In this document: positions 26,601-41,600 of the stretch, piece after piece
Layout: each line of letters opens with the position of its first letter
How positions within the stretch are numbered: the first letter of the stretch is position 1
DNA from: Okamejei kenojei
Lineage: Eukaryota
Assembly: GCA_035221665.1 (NCBI GenBank)
Contig: CM069137.1
Coordinates: 54,808,001 to 54,872,000, forward strand
Direction of reading: 5' to 3'
DNA length: 64,000 bases
Notes under the pieces: model-generated
What the model saw: the letters and a program-made list of their open reading frames with translations, nothing else
Told to the model about the DNA's origin: nothing
Databases searched by the model: none
Program-made: the position numbers and the translations under genes

Positions 26601-29600
26601 TTTGCAAAATAGCTCAAGCTCAGTCGGATTGGATGGAGAGCGTCTGTGAACAGCAATTGTCAAGTCTTGCCAGAGATTCTCAATTGGATTTAGGTCTGGA
26701 CTTTGACTGGGCCATTCTAACACATGAATATGCTTTGATCTAAACCATTCCATTGTAGCTCTGGCTGTATGTTTAGGGTCATGGTCCTGCTGGAAGGTGA
26801 ACCTCCGCCCCAGTCTCAAGCCTTTTGCAGACCCTAACACGTTTTTTTCCAAGATTGCCCTGTATTTGGCTCCATCCATCTTCCCATCAACTCTGACCAG
26901 CTTCCCTGTCCCTGCTGAAGAAAAGCATCCCCACAGCATGATGCTGCCACCACCATGTTTCACAGTGGGGATGGTGTGTTCAGGGTGATGTGCAATGTTA
27001 GTTTTCCACCACACATAGCGTTTTGCATTTATGCCAAAATCTTCAATTTTGGTCTCATCAGACCAGAGCAACTTCCTCCACATGTTTGCTGTGTCCCCCA
27101 CATGGCTTGAGGCAAACTGCAAACGGGACTTCTTATGGCTTTGTTTCAACAATGGCTTTCTTCTTGCCACTCTTCATAAAGACCCGATTTGTGGAGTGCA
27201 CGACTAATGGTTGTCCTGTGGACAGAATCTCCCACCTGAGCTGTGGATCTCTGCAGCTCCTCCAGAGTTACCATGGGCCTCTTGGCTGCTTCTCTGATCA
27301 ATGCTCTCCTTGCCCGGCATGTCAGTTTAGGTGGACGGCCATGTCTTGGTACGTTTGCAGTTGTGCCATACTCTTTCCATTTTCGGATGATGGATTGAAC
27401 AGTGCTCCATGAGATGTTCAAAGCTTGGGATATTTTCTTATAACCTAACCCTGCTTTAAACTTCTCCACAACTTTATCCCTGACCTGTCTGGTGTGTTCC
27501 TTGGGCTTCATGATGCCCAAGGAACATTGTTTGTTCACTAATGTTCTCTAACAAACCTCTGAGGCCTTCACAGACAGCTGCATTTATACTGAGATTAGAT
27601 TACACACAAGTGGACTCTATTTACTAATTAGGTGACTTCTGAAGGCAATTGGTTGCACTGGATTTTATTTAGGGGTATCAGAGTAAAGGGGGCTGAATAC
27701 TTTTGCACGCCACACTTTTCAGATCTGCGCACGCACACCACACACAGCTACAGATACAAATATCCTCACTTAGAATTTACTTTTGCTGCCCGTTAAGTTA
27801 CTTTGTGTGTGTGTTCTATGCAGAAAAACTCAAGAATGCAATGGCGCACGGCGACCATTCCAGGCAACACGCATACCTACACGATTAGTGGGCTGCGCCC
27901 AGGTATCACCTATGAGGGCCAGCTGGTCAGCATCATGCGCAACGGGCAGAGTCATGTCTCCCACTTTGGATTCACAACCTCGCGTGGATCTCGTAAGTAA
28001 CACATCTAGATGGGGCCTCTTTCTCTGACCCCTAATACAGCCTTCTTTGGTGGCTCATTTACCAACGGTGCAGAGCATGAGTACACTGCGGCAGCACACC
28101 TGTCAGGAAAGACCCTGCTACTGACAGTAATTTTTTCTGTGATTTAAGAAATGTAGTGATTACAGTACTTTCACCTTCGCCACAAACCTGTGATTATTGC
28201 CCTGCAAATGCTTCTCCCCTGATCCTCATTTGGGTACAATGTGGGGAGGTTTTGCACAGGAATAGGACCAACCAGTTTGATCTCTTAAATAAAGTTACCT
28301 CTTCAATATCCATCAAGATCCATAAAACCAGCCATATTGAAACTTCCAATTGACTACTAGCCTTGACGGTGTTTTGCAGAAAGATGGAAGGATCCCCATT
28401 CCCTTTACTGTGGGATTCTGACACCACTTTGCGAATGGTCTTTTTCAAGTATTAAAAATTGTGTCTCCTAATTATCCATTTTAATCCTTCATTTAAACGC
28501 TTCAATTCAATCTGAAACGGAATCCTTTTCTCTCTGTCTCCATTCTGACAAAGGGTTTCTGACCTAAATAATTAATTTTGTTTCTTTTTTAACAGATGCA
28601 GTTTGACATGATGTGTGTTTTAAGTATTTTGCATCTACAGTTTTTTTTTCAACTTAGTTCACCTTTCATAATCAGGAGAATGGAAGCCAGTCCCCTGAAA
28701 CCTGGCCTCGTAAAGCTAACCCACATTTGTAACTCCAAAACTGCTATTGGTATTGTCAAACTGCTATTGGTATTGTCACCAAGTATTTTTCCCTCTCCAA
28801 CAGTTCCAGACGATAGCAATGAAAGGGATAACAACGAGGGGATGTATCCTGAGTCCATCGCTGAAGTCACTTCCAACAGTTTTGTGGTGTCCTGGTCATC
28901 TGCCTCCAGCACAGTGTCAGGCTTCAGGATCAAGTACACGCTCAGCGAGGATGGCGCGCAGCCCCAGTACTTACGTAAGCCCTCCTACGGCAACTGTCAC
29001 TTCCTAGTGTGTCGTACGCGTGAGCTCGCACCAAATGAAGCTTCCGGGTGACCATCTTGGGCACTCTCCTCGGTTCATTTTAGATCACTGAGATGGAATT
29101 TAGTCACAGATTTATACAGCATAGAAAGACTCTGCAGCCCACCAGATTCTAACACCAATCCTACTTTGATATTATTCAATTTTTCCCACTTTCCCATTAA
29201 TTCCCATTCTCTCCAAACTATACCACTCGCGTAATGGCAATTTACTGTGGACAGTTATTCTATTAGTCACTACATCTTTGGGGTGTGGGAGGAAACTGGA
29301 GCACCCAGGGAAAACCCATGTGGTTACAGGAAGAACAGGTAAGCTCCACAGATAGCATTCAGGAATAGGTTTGTGCCCAGGTCGCTAGAGCTGTGAGGCA
29401 ATGCTGCTACGAGGTGAGCCTTTTCGTTAACTCTGCCATCTCCTGTTCAGTTCTTCCCAACCTTCCCTAATAGCCCTGAATGATGTTTCTCCAAGCTTCT
29501 GAAGACCTGCGGAGTGGGAAGTTTCTTTCTCTTCAATTGGAGGGATGGGGTAGTGCGGGAGCTGCATAATGGAGGATAAGGGTTTGTTGGACTGAAATAA

Positions 29601-32600
29601 ATTGGAGCATAATCATCACACATCACACAAGAAGTAAACACACAATACTTGTTTGAGCATTAGACCTTCAGTGAACTTTGCAATGAGGTCAAGAGTCTAC
29701 CTGTTTTTTGTAAGGAGGAGCTTGCCTATTTGAATTGGATGGGGGTACACATTTTGCAATAGTTGAGCTGATGGCTGAATGAACCTTATCACAGGACAGA
29801 CTTCCTGAAAGGTATGAGGCCAAGGGCAGACTAAAACATATTTTCTTGCTGCAGGACACATCTAATGGGGAAATATAACTGGAGTATAATCAGTGTTGTC
29901 ACAAGGGTAGTACAGTTCTGCAGCTGGTAGAGCTGCTGACCTATAGGCCAGAGTTCGATCCAGATCTCGGTCACAGTCTGGAATTTGCATGTTCACCCTG
30001 TTACCGCATGCATTTCCTCCAGGTGCTCCGATTTCCACCCGTATCCCAAAGACATGGGGGTTTGTAGGTTAAATCACCTATAAAATTGCCTCTAATGTGT
30101 ATGAACTGGATGCAAAAGAGGGATAACATAGAACTAGTGTGATTCTCCCCTTTGGGTGATCTATTGCCACAGGGATTATGTGGTCCTTTTTCTATGCTGT
30201 ATCTCTAAACTAAGATAGAGGATCTATTAAGCCCATGGCAAGCAGTGGTAATGACCAAAGTGTATTGTAGTAATGATGGTTGAGGGTTAAACATTTGTCG
30301 ACATCAGTGGGAACTTCCATTCTCTACGCTGACATATTTTACACCCACCTGAGAGAGCAGATAGTCCCTCGTTTTAATGCTTCATTGTTAAAATCTGGTG
30401 GCAGCTCTGACAATGTTTGACATCTTCTAGTATTACTTTGGAAGCAGGAGCCAGAAATTCTATGTTTGTTCACTGCAGTGGAGCATGAATCTACATTTGT
30501 TCATGTCACCCATTATAAAGATGAATACCTAGTCTTTTCCCCAGGTAATGGGAGTAAAACTAGAGGACATAGATTCAAGGTGAGAGGGAAAGATTTGAAA
30601 AGAACCTGACGGGCAACTTTGCGCAGAGGGTGGTGAGTGCATGCAATGAACTGCCAGAGGAAATGGTTGAGGCAAGTACAATAGGAACGTTTAAAGGTTT
30701 AATGGATCAGGCACAGGCAAATGGGACTAGCTCAGTTAGACAACTTGGTCAGTATAGACGAGTTGGGCCGATGGGCCCATATCTGTGTTGTATAACTCCT
30801 TGACCAAACAACATGCAGGTAGCCACTGTTATTAATGACCTATCTCTTTTGACATTGACCAAGCTTATTCTGGCAATATGAGTTGTCAGCATACCAACAA
30901 ACTCTTCACCCCAATGTCCAGGGCAACATATCTGGCCAACATTTACCCTGAAGCACCACAAAAAAGATTTCAGCTAGTTGTTGGCCTTGTGTGGGATGGT
31001 TTGGGAATGCTGTTCAGGCAGAACACTGGTCTAATTGGCAGCACAACAATTAGTGCACAGACTGAAGTTGATGCAGTAGGGTATTAGGGCTGATGGCCAA
31101 GAAAGGTTTAGGGAGGGGATTTTTGAAGTCAGGATCCTTCTACAGTTGTACAGAGCCCTAGTGAGACCACACCTGGAGTAATGTGTGCAGTTTTGGTCCC
31201 CCAATTTGAGGAAGGACATTCTTGCTATTGAGGGAGTGCAGCGTAGGTTTACAAGGTTAATTCCAGGGATGGCGGGACTGTCATATGCTGAGAGAATGGA
31301 GTAGCTGGGCTTGTACACTCTGGAGTTTAGAAGGCTGAGAGGGGATCTTATTGAAATATATAAGATTGTTAAGGGTTTGGACATGCTGGAGGCAGGAAAC
31401 ATGTTCCCGATGTTGGGGGAGTCCAGAACCAGGTTCTAATAAGCCATTTAGAACAGAGATGACAAAACACTTTTTCTCACAGAGAGTGGTGAGTCTGTGG
31501 AATTCTCTGCCTCAGAGGGCGGTGGAGGCAGGTTCTCTGGATGCTTTCAAGAGAGAGCTAGATAGGGCTCTTAAAAATAGCAGAGTCAGGGATTATGGGG
31601 AGAAGGCAGGAACGGGTACTGATTGGGGATGATCAGCCATGATCACATTGAATGGCGGTGCTGGCTCGAAGGGCCAAATGGCCTACTCCTGCACCTATTG
31701 TTTATTGTCTATTGTAGCTGAAGGCAATAATCTGGGATGAGTAAGAGGAACATTTTAGAAGCACTGAGATGTTGGATGGTTGAGAGGTTGAGAATGTTGC
31801 AGATGGAGGAGAAAGAGGACACAGCGAGTTGAAAATGTGAATGTGCTTTATAGTGGAGCTGCTGCTGGAGTGGGAGCCAGTGTGAGTCAGCAAATGTCTG
31901 TCTGTAAGCATTCTAAAATATGTCAGAATAACAATCAGACATGAGAGGTGGACTATGGAGGCACATTTATCGGGCAATCATAAAATGTATCTTTCTTACT
32001 TTAACAATCTTACTTTTCTATATCCAGATGCTCCAAAGACGGCCTCAAGTTTAATCATTCCCAACCTGCTGCCTGGGCGCAAATACGTTGTGAGTGTTAT
32101 TGAAATTACGTCAGAAGGAGAAACTGTGCTTCTCACAACGACGCCCACAACAGGTTGGTTACTAAGTGGGGACATCTTCCGGGCAGTTCTTTTGCACAAC
32201 CTGTAATATTTCTAGATTTGTTCAATAATCTTCTGCCTTTCCTTGCAGAACCTGATGCTCCCACGAACCCCAAAGTGAACATGGCAGAAGACACCTCAAT
32301 CACTATCAGTTGGTCCAAACCTCAAGCCCCCATCACAGGTACCTTGACCCTTGTGCTTTGGTTGACACAACAGGCATCATATCAGGACAAGCATTCTGAG
32401 ATAAAAAGGACCAAAATTACATGGGCCTCAAATCCCATCATGATAGCTGTCACCAGATTGGACGCATACAAACACATACACACATGGTCTTCTGGGTTAC
32501 TCGTCCCAATAACTTAACCACTGCACCAGAAAAGTGCTGAAACATTTCCAAAACAATACTTTCTTTTTAATGTAAGTTCAAGGTTTATAGAGAGATACAA

Positions 32601-35600
32601 CTTAATTAAAAGACCAATTGAGAATGACCAGCATGTTACAAAGACCTAAGTGGTTGCTCACTGATTGATGTTTTGTCGCATATCTATTGCATGGCCTCAC
32701 TTTTCTGTTTGTCTGCAGGCAGAGAGGGGATTTTTTGCGAGAACAGTAGGGCTCTGATTCCCAGTAATGCACCACAGTATGGTTAGGCAGAGATGATGCC
32801 TCTTGCTGTTTAATAACCTGTGACTGGCTTGTAGGTCATTTGAACAATGACTACCTTCTAGGAGGAGAGGTTACAGAATGCTAGAGACTGACCAGCTGGG
32901 GTGGACATGGGGCCAACCAAAGATGGTGGAAATCTAAAATGAAAAGCAGAAACTGCTTAAAATACTCATCCGGTCAAGCATCTTTTGTCAGAAATGGGAG
33001 GAAGCGAAAATATTAATTACCGGTCACAGAGGTAGGAGGGGATTGGAGATAAACAGCAAGTGGGAGTGCTAAGCATTGCTGATCGCTTACGACAATAGTA
33101 TGAAGAAGGTGCAGCATGATTAATGGCATGGTTGACGTTTTATCTGGGCTTCCCTCTGCAGGTTACCGGGTGGTGTACGCATCCACTGTGGAAGGGGCCA
33201 GCACCGAAATCAATCTGCCTAGTTCCACCACCAATCTGACCCTTACTGACCTCAAACCTGGCACCAAGTATAGCATCAGCATTTACTCCGTGGAAGAGGA
33301 CCAGGAGAGTGACCCTCTGTTCATCCTGCATTCTACGACGGGTAATCCAATCCCAGGTACAAAGCACTCGTCCGTGTGGGTTGGGGCAAGCAGAGATGAA
33401 TGTCTAGAGCGCAGGTTGTTTGCAGAGAGATAGATAAAGAGAAGGAACTGATTTGGGGAAGACCAACTAATGGAAAGATGGTCGCTGAAGCTAATTTCAA
33501 GGATCTGCAGGCTGGAAGTCCTGCAAAGTGTCATTTTCTGCTCATTTCTAAACTCTGGAGGAACAATGGAGGATCTTGGATAGAGATAGGAAGGTCTTGG
33601 GGCTATACCTAGCAAAGGAGCAGCACCAACCATACAGTCGGTACAAAGATCCATTGATACCAAATTCTTTACTCTTGATTTAAGACACACCAGTTAGAGT
33701 AGTCGGCTGTTTCTCACCAAAGAGCCAAAAAAAAAACAGTGAATAAATACAGTGAACAGTGTGTCCAACTGGCTCGTTCAAAATTTCACCCTATTAGATC
33801 ATTGTTTCCATACACATATCCACGTGAGTACATCCAATTTCTCACATGGTGTATTTTTTGACAAGTATGAACTCACTGAAAATGTGTGCAAGAATATAAA
33901 GAAGAAACTAAATGCGTACTTCAAAACTTGAACAAAGTTATCAGTAATGTGCACAATACTACAATGTGCTACTTTCAGGTATGTTGTGCCTGTAAATCTA
34001 CTGAACTGAGAAATCACAATCCACTTGTAGCAAGGTGATATCTTTATGGCACTGAAGAATGGCATCTCAATGCTAGTCTCAGCAGATCAAAAAGGTTTCC
34101 ACACCTAAGAAGGTGCTACATTCTTTGAAATAGCAAGAATTACCAATCCATGTTCCATCTGCACTTCCTCTGTAGCTGTAATACTATATTCTGCACACTT
34201 GTTTATTTTTTATTTTTGCTCTTTGATGCCTTTTTGTATGGTGTGATTTGCCTGGATTCATCTCGGTACACATAATTACTCAAATATGAATACCAATACC
34301 AAAGGACACTTGCCTCTCAACGCCGTTCCATTTTCAAAATGCCTGTTCATACTGATCCCATTTTATTCTCATCACATTCCCATCAACTCCCTCTTAGATG
34401 TTACCACCTACAAAGATAGCAGAGTCAAGGGATATGGGGAGAAGGCAGAAACGGGGTACTGAATGTTGATTATCAACCATGATCATAGTGAATGGCAGTG
34501 CTCGCTCGAAGGGCCGAATGGCCTACTCCTGCATCTATTGTCTATTTCATGAAATATATACCTTTTGGGGGTTATTTTACTGGTTATGTGTTAGATCAAT
34601 TCTAAGCTCTGGTTATGTAAACTACCAGCAGAAAGCTTGGGAATCACTTCAATTTATTCAAAATGCAGGAGCTTCAGGGAGCGTTGCCCCCTGGACCCTG
34701 CTGGGGGCCTAGCCGGCCTCCTTGACCCTCGGCCAATACTACCTATATTTTTTCTGGAGGTGAATATCATGCCTTGATAATGGTAAATTTCACACAATCA
34801 GCAATGGAGATCAGGATTGAGCCTGGCCTGCTGGAGCTGTAGGACAGCAGCTCTATCAGCTACACACTAACAGATACAACCTGTTATAAGTCTGGACAGT
34901 TACAAATAATAGTTTTATAACTGTTACTTGTGCTATTTAAATGCAATTTCTCTTTTTTTTTCACACCAAAAATTCTGTGGGAGACAAATTTAAGTGCCAT
35001 TGCCTCAGATTTTCACCTGCGACCGACAAAATGTCATGAACTCGGGGAATGACAACTTTGTGATTTAGATATGTTAAGTTGACTGGAGCCAAGGGGCTGT
35101 GTCTGTTTCTAGCCAGGGAGAAGGCAGCGGCGGGTAGTTTCTAAGGCTGGCATTGAGCCAAAGGAAGAAGAATGCAAGGGCTTTATCTGCGGCACACTTG
35201 TTGCTGATGCCTGGTGGCAGTGTAGGGATCCTACTGCACTAGGTTTGGATTCCTTACAAAATCTACAGAGAATTTTCTGTCAGTGACTTTCACTTTAGCC
35301 GTGACCTTTCCATCTCATGGTAATAAGCAGTGAAATCGTAGAGTCCAACCAGTGGATGAGATGAGAACTGGGAGGAAACACACCGATTGTTGCGCAATCC
35401 TTTAAATTTATTTTTCCGCGAGTTGGAAATTAGCCTTTGGACAACCACATTGGCAAATGGGAAGAATTCAATATTGAGCATCTGTTCCAAAACCCTGCCA
35501 ATGTGGACTGTTTCTTGTCTCTTACGTCTTTTTAAGTGTTCTTTTCATTTGAGACACTACCAAGAACTGCACAAACCCTGCTTTGCCAGAAAATAATAGT

Positions 35601-38600
35601 GGCTGGGAAGAAGGTTAATTGACAGAATTGAGGTCCAGAAGTTGTTGTTGGAGCCCATCAGTGGACAGAGAGCAGCTGGATGTGTTAGCAGTGGGGGAGG
35701 GGTCTCTTGAAACTTGAAATCTAGAGGGGGACAAGGGGGGGTCAACACCACCCTAGACCATGAAGGAATCCATGCTGTGCCCTGGGTAACTACTAAGATT
35801 ATCCTAAATTATTGGCTTATAATATTTGCATATAACATTTCCAGCCAACCCTGTGTCAGACCGAATCAATCTGCCCATAATTAACCTAATGATATTGAGG
35901 GTTTCCTGTCAGGCTTCCAAGTGAGATTGATGAGGAGAAAGGGGATCTGTCTGCAAACAGGATTCCACAGGGAATCTTTGACCAGATAATAAGATCTGCA
36001 TGCTTATAAAGTTGAGGGGTACTGTTGATCACCTTGAGGATTGACAGATGAGATGTTGATACTTGGAACAAACCTCTCTTTCACATTCCCTGCCATAAAT
36101 GGTCTCCTTCAATCAGCCTTGCTTTGGTTTTAGTTCAGAACGTTCCACTTCGCATGGTCAGTGCTGCAGCCTAGATGCCAATGTTCAGGTTTTGGGAATG
36201 GGAGGAGGATGAGACAAGGAGGGTAATGTTGCTGTGATCCTACCTTGCTCATGTCCATTGTTTCTTCCAGATGTCATGAAGCCCCCTACAAACCTGCAGT
36301 TCATTGACGTCACTGACAGCAAGATTACCATCTCATGGATACCACCAATCGGCAAGAAACCAGACTACCTGGTCACAATCCAACAGATCAGCAAGCCAGG
36401 CCAGCCAGTCATCTCCCTGCCTATTTCTAAGAATGGCTACGCTGAGATCACCAACCTGCAGCCGGGGTCAATGTATCGCTTTAGTGTGTACGCAATGGAC
36501 CGTGGGAAAAAGAGCATCCCGCTAATCGGGGAGAAAGCCACCAGTAAGTCTGAGCAATACAGGGTCAGGCCAGGAATCTATTACAATTGTCTGTGTCACC
36601 AATTAAGTTAGGTGTAGATGAATCCATAGAATCACCCAGTGGAGGTTTGCTGCTACTGGTCTTGGAGATGCACAGGTTAGCACTGTCACTGGATTGGGTT
36701 CAGGCAGGTTCCCAGCCTCAGTTATATGGCATCTCCAATGCAATTGCCTAGGCGCCCTCAAACTGCAGAAAAAAAGAGGTGTCAATTCCAAAGTGCCATG
36801 TGCCAGCAACAGAGAACAAAGGAGAAAAATAAAAACAAATTTACCTTGTCTTGAATATAGGAAAAGCTTATTCAATGCATGGAGAGAGGCTTCATTCCCC
36901 CTTACCGCCCTAAAAAGGATTCCAGTTAATTAATTCCAGTTAAATAAATTACTATTGTTTTGTCATTCAATTGGCTTTAATGACTTGCCCTTTATTTATC
37001 TTGGCTCAGTTACACGCAGCATTGCATTCCTCTTCTGTCAACAGGCTGGTCCTTCATCCCCTCACTCCTGGGCTCACTATTTCCAAGTGTTTATACTTAT
37101 TATGAATTGTCACAAGCAGACTGCACAGCATGATGGGATCCTAATCTGTATCAGCAACTCCTAAGGGAGTTACAACTGGGACTGCACACCTGTGGGAATA
37201 GTGTTCAAAGGAAAAAAATCGACATAGCGTGCTTTTCAAGATTTCAAGATGAGCTTTACAAGACAGTTGGGACCAGTATCATTCTTGTATATCGGACATA
37301 ATATATCAGAGGGAATCTGCATGCAACAAACTCCCATTCGGATCACTGTCATATTAACCAGGTCATCTTGATTTCATCATATTCATTGAAATATGAATGT
37401 AGGCCAGGACACCAGAAGGGAATGGCACAGGTCAGAGGTGGCATAATAGCGCAAATAGTTGAATTGCTGCTTCTCAACTATAATGACCTGGGTTCATTCC
37501 CCACCTCCTTTTCTGTGTATGGGGTTTCTTCCAGGTGTGCTAGTTCACTCCCACATCCCAAAGACATGCAAGATGATAGATTAATTGGTCACTGTAAATT
37601 GCCCCCCTAATACATGGTAAAATCTGGGGAGAATTGGTGAGAACGTGGGGAGAATAAAACAGAATTAGGATTAGTTGAATGGATGGTTACTATGAATGCA
37701 GTGGGCTGAAAGGCCTGTTTCCATGCTGTGTAGCTGTTTACAGGAGAGTTTGCCTGCTATTGAGCGAGCCTGGTCAATCCTTCCCATCCAGTTTGCTTTC
37801 GGGTCGTGCGCCTGTGTGGACGGTTTAGTGGCATTGTTTCATGGTAAAATCTGGGAAGGCATGGAAGCCTAATAGGGTTCTCCCTGGTCCTGGCCAACAT
37901 TTATCAATTTTACTGACATGGGTTATATAATCATAATCACATCTTTGATGGTACCATTCACAAATTGACTGTTACATTTCACACCCCCTACAACCAGAAC
38001 CGCACTCATACTGCAATGCAACTGGGATTGGGATGGCCTGATGTAGGGATGGTTATTGTTGGAGGGCATGAATATTTCCTCTTGTGTGTTGTGTTGCTGT
38101 ATCTAAATCTTGCCCCTGTGATCACTACGGTCTGCTCCTCCACTCTCTGTATGTCGTTTTCACGATGTGATTTTTGACGTGTATTTCACTCCCATGCAGA
38201 ACTTGATGCTCCGACTAACCTGGACTTTGTAGGCATCACAAATTCGTCGGTGTTGGTGACCTGGACTCCTTCCAGAGCAAAAATTACTAACTATCTTCTC
38301 AGCTGGAGCCCGACGAGCAACAATAAACCCAAAACTCTCAAGTTCCAGCCAAGTATCACACGCCATCGGCTGAACGGACTGCAGCCCGGGACCGAGTACA
38401 ATGTTGTTCTCGTGGCAAAGCAAGGCAACGTTGAAAGCCCAAGGGTTCAAAATACTGTAATGACTTGTAAGTCCTTACCCCTTTGTGTCTCCAAACCTCA
38501 ACATTTCTTCTCTTCCGCCAACTATGCCACAGATAAAGCCCTCGCATTCTTCCTTTGGCTCAATGCCAGCCTTATCCATCCACATTAGTAGAAGCTTTAA

Positions 38601-41600
38601 CATATGCACGGGTGGGTGTGGGGTGAGGAGAGGAAGTGGCTTGCAATCATCGTGCAGCTCATCCCACCCAGAAGCACAAATCAATGTGCAATCTTCCAAG
38701 ATAATTCCTCATGATATTTCCTGGGTTAACAGCACCAGTCTGTGGAGGTTAAGTGTCTTTGTTTGCTCTGCCACTATCTATTTCCACGGTTCCTCCCCTT
38801 GACATCTGTGATCCGGCTATATTGCCATCTCCTCCCACTACACAAGGCAGACAATTCAATGGGAAGTTGGCCAATCCTCAGGTGTGGGGATGATGAGCCT
38901 GCCTTCCAACTAGTACTAACAGCTGTTCCTGAATGCCAATGGCAAGGCCTGGTTTATTTTTATTTTCAGCTACACGAGTTAATATGGGACTGAAAATTTG
39001 AGGTGAATAAATCTGCCCTTCACCCCACTTCAAAAAAATCAGAGTAAAGTCCATCAGAGATGTATATTTAATTCAGTTTATTTGTATTTCACAGTAGAGA
39101 CACTGGGGCCAGTACCTAACTTCAACACTGAGGTGACAGACACATCCATTAAAATTACTTGGATGCCAATGCCCAGGGTATCATTCAAGGTAAATGATAA
39201 CAAACACAAATGTTCAGTGATTATAATTGGGGGTTGGGCAAGTGGAAGTGAGAATACTTTCCTGCAATTGGGGGGACAGCAAGAACCAAGGGCCAAAAAT
39301 AAATATGTATGTGTTAGTGAATTTAGAACATGAGAATTAAGGGACAGAGGTTTCAGGGTAACGTGAGGGGGAACTTCTTTACTCAGAGGGTGGTGGCTGT
39401 GTGGAATCAGCTTCCAGCAGAAGTGGTGGAGGCAGGATCGATTTTAACATTTAAGAGTAAAGTGGATAGGTATATGGACGTGAAGGGAATGGAGGGGTAT
39501 GGTCTGAGTGCAGGTAGATGGGACTAGGGGAAAACAAATGGTCGGCACGGACTGGAAGGGCCGAGAGGGCCTGTTTCCATGCTGTAATTGTTATATGGTT
39601 ATATGGTTAACAATGGATCACTGCAGTGGGTGCACTTTCTATTCTCAGTTGGAGGGACGGCAGAGAATTGCAGCAGTAGTGCTACTACCTTGTAGCTCTA
39701 GTGAGCTGGGTTCAATCCTAATCTCTAATGCTGTCTGTGGAATGTACACATTCTGCCTGGAAGAAAAATACCTATTTCCTCTATTTTCCTGTGCCATCCC
39801 AATGATGTGTGGGTTGGAAGGGTAAATGGCCACTATAAATTGCCCCAATTATAGAAATTGGGTGAAGTTGATGGGAATGCTGAGAAGATAGTTTGCAGGG
39901 AAAATCAGTGGGGAATGTGTTTCCCTGTGTGCTGACATAGACTCAATGTCATAAGGGAAAAGAATTATAATGCTGTAGGTTCAGGTCTCAGTCCAGTGAC
40001 GAGCGCCAAGCTTCATTTGCCATTCTTGTGCAGAATTGATGCTCTGTTGTAGTTTTGTAGTTGTACATGTTTACACAGCCAGGAGTTAAGGTCTGCAGCA
40101 CAGCTTCAAAGTATAATTTGAAGAGATTCAATAATAACTTTCACAATGGAATTTCTTGAATAGCAGGGTTTTTGAGAGTGGACCCAAATGAATAAACAGC
40201 ACAAACACCGTGGACCTAACAGTCATTGCACAATTTTTGTTCACCAACTCATTTTATTCTTAAAGGTTAATGTCCGGCCCTCCCAAGGTGGAGAAAGTCC
40301 TCGTGAAGTAATCACAAACACCGGGAATATCATCATCTCTAGCCTGACCCCTGGGAAAGATTATATATTATCCATTACAGCAGTTGTGGATGACCAGGAA
40401 CAGGGGAGTCCCATTGTCAAGAAGGTTGTAACAAGTAAGTCTCTCTGATCGCGGCCACTCTAAAATAGGAGTGCGAGATAATCTTCTTGGGCTCATGGGG
40501 TAATTACAGTTAGACTTGTTCCTTTTGCCCTTGCCTGGCCAGTTCCAGCCCTATCTGTCATGGAAAACTATGCACTCCTTTAATATTAGTACTCGTACAT
40601 CTCCTACTTCCTTCACTCCAACATTGATGGGCATGCTGTGGTCTGCCTGGTTCTATGGCTTGCTATACTCCTCGTGATGGTATGTACAAACCAGACTTTA
40701 CTACCAAACCACTGGTAACCTGCCTACCTTGTGCCAGATCTTGTCTGCTCGTCGTCCTGGAGATGTTTCACTGAGCTGTGTTCCCAAATCGTACCAGCTC
40801 CTAAGTTCCACACGTTTTGAAATTCTCACATCTAATAACCTCAGTGGAAATGAAGCTTCAGCTGTTTTTTGTGCTGTTAATTGAGATGTTACCAAGCACT
40901 CTACCCAAACTCCAAACCATCTTCCCCAAACCCCAACCTACATATAGGACACGGGAATGCCTCTTTATGCATATTGCAAAATGGTGCCATGTGGTGGGAT
41001 CATCATCAAACATGCCTCATAAATAAAGCAATTTCGGGTTGGCATTCTGTAAACTGAATTATTTTTGTGCTCATGCAGAAATCTCCCCACCAATCAACCT
41101 GCGAATTTATTCGGAAGCAGGCGGGAAGAAACTGTATTGGGAAGAAGGACGGACACCAGGTAACGTCCACCAACAATTCGAGTGATTTGCTTTGGGCATG
41201 GTTCAGGAATGGATTGAGCTTGGAATCTTATAGAAGTACCTTCAATATAGCAGCATTGTCCTTGATCTAGGAGCTGTTCTGAATATCTGCAGCATTACAC
41301 AGTGGCCAAGGTTTCAGAACCATCTTAGTCAATCCCCTCACCTCACAAAGCCCACGGTTGTGATCTCAAATCCAACCCCAGGTATGTGTTTTAAAAGATT
41401 GGAGCAGGAATAGGCCATTTGACCCCTTGAGTATGCTCTGCCATTTTATAATTCCATGGTGGAGCTGAACCTCTAGCACCCACTGCACCGCCTTCCATTC
41501 CTTTATTCAAAAATCTTGCGCTCTGATCACAAACCTATCCCCGGACATTAGAAAACATTGAGTGTTAACACTCAGACCATGTTTCCGGCCCACTGTTTCC

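Noticed and set aside
26574-27538. Functional Tc1 transposase
   Set aside because: At least two frameshifts and a missing terminal repeat.
28739-28778. 20-bp tandem duplication upstream of the III-2a acceptor
   Set aside because: A simple local duplication with no evident effect on the acceptor; similar small duplications occur near 25050 and 51650.
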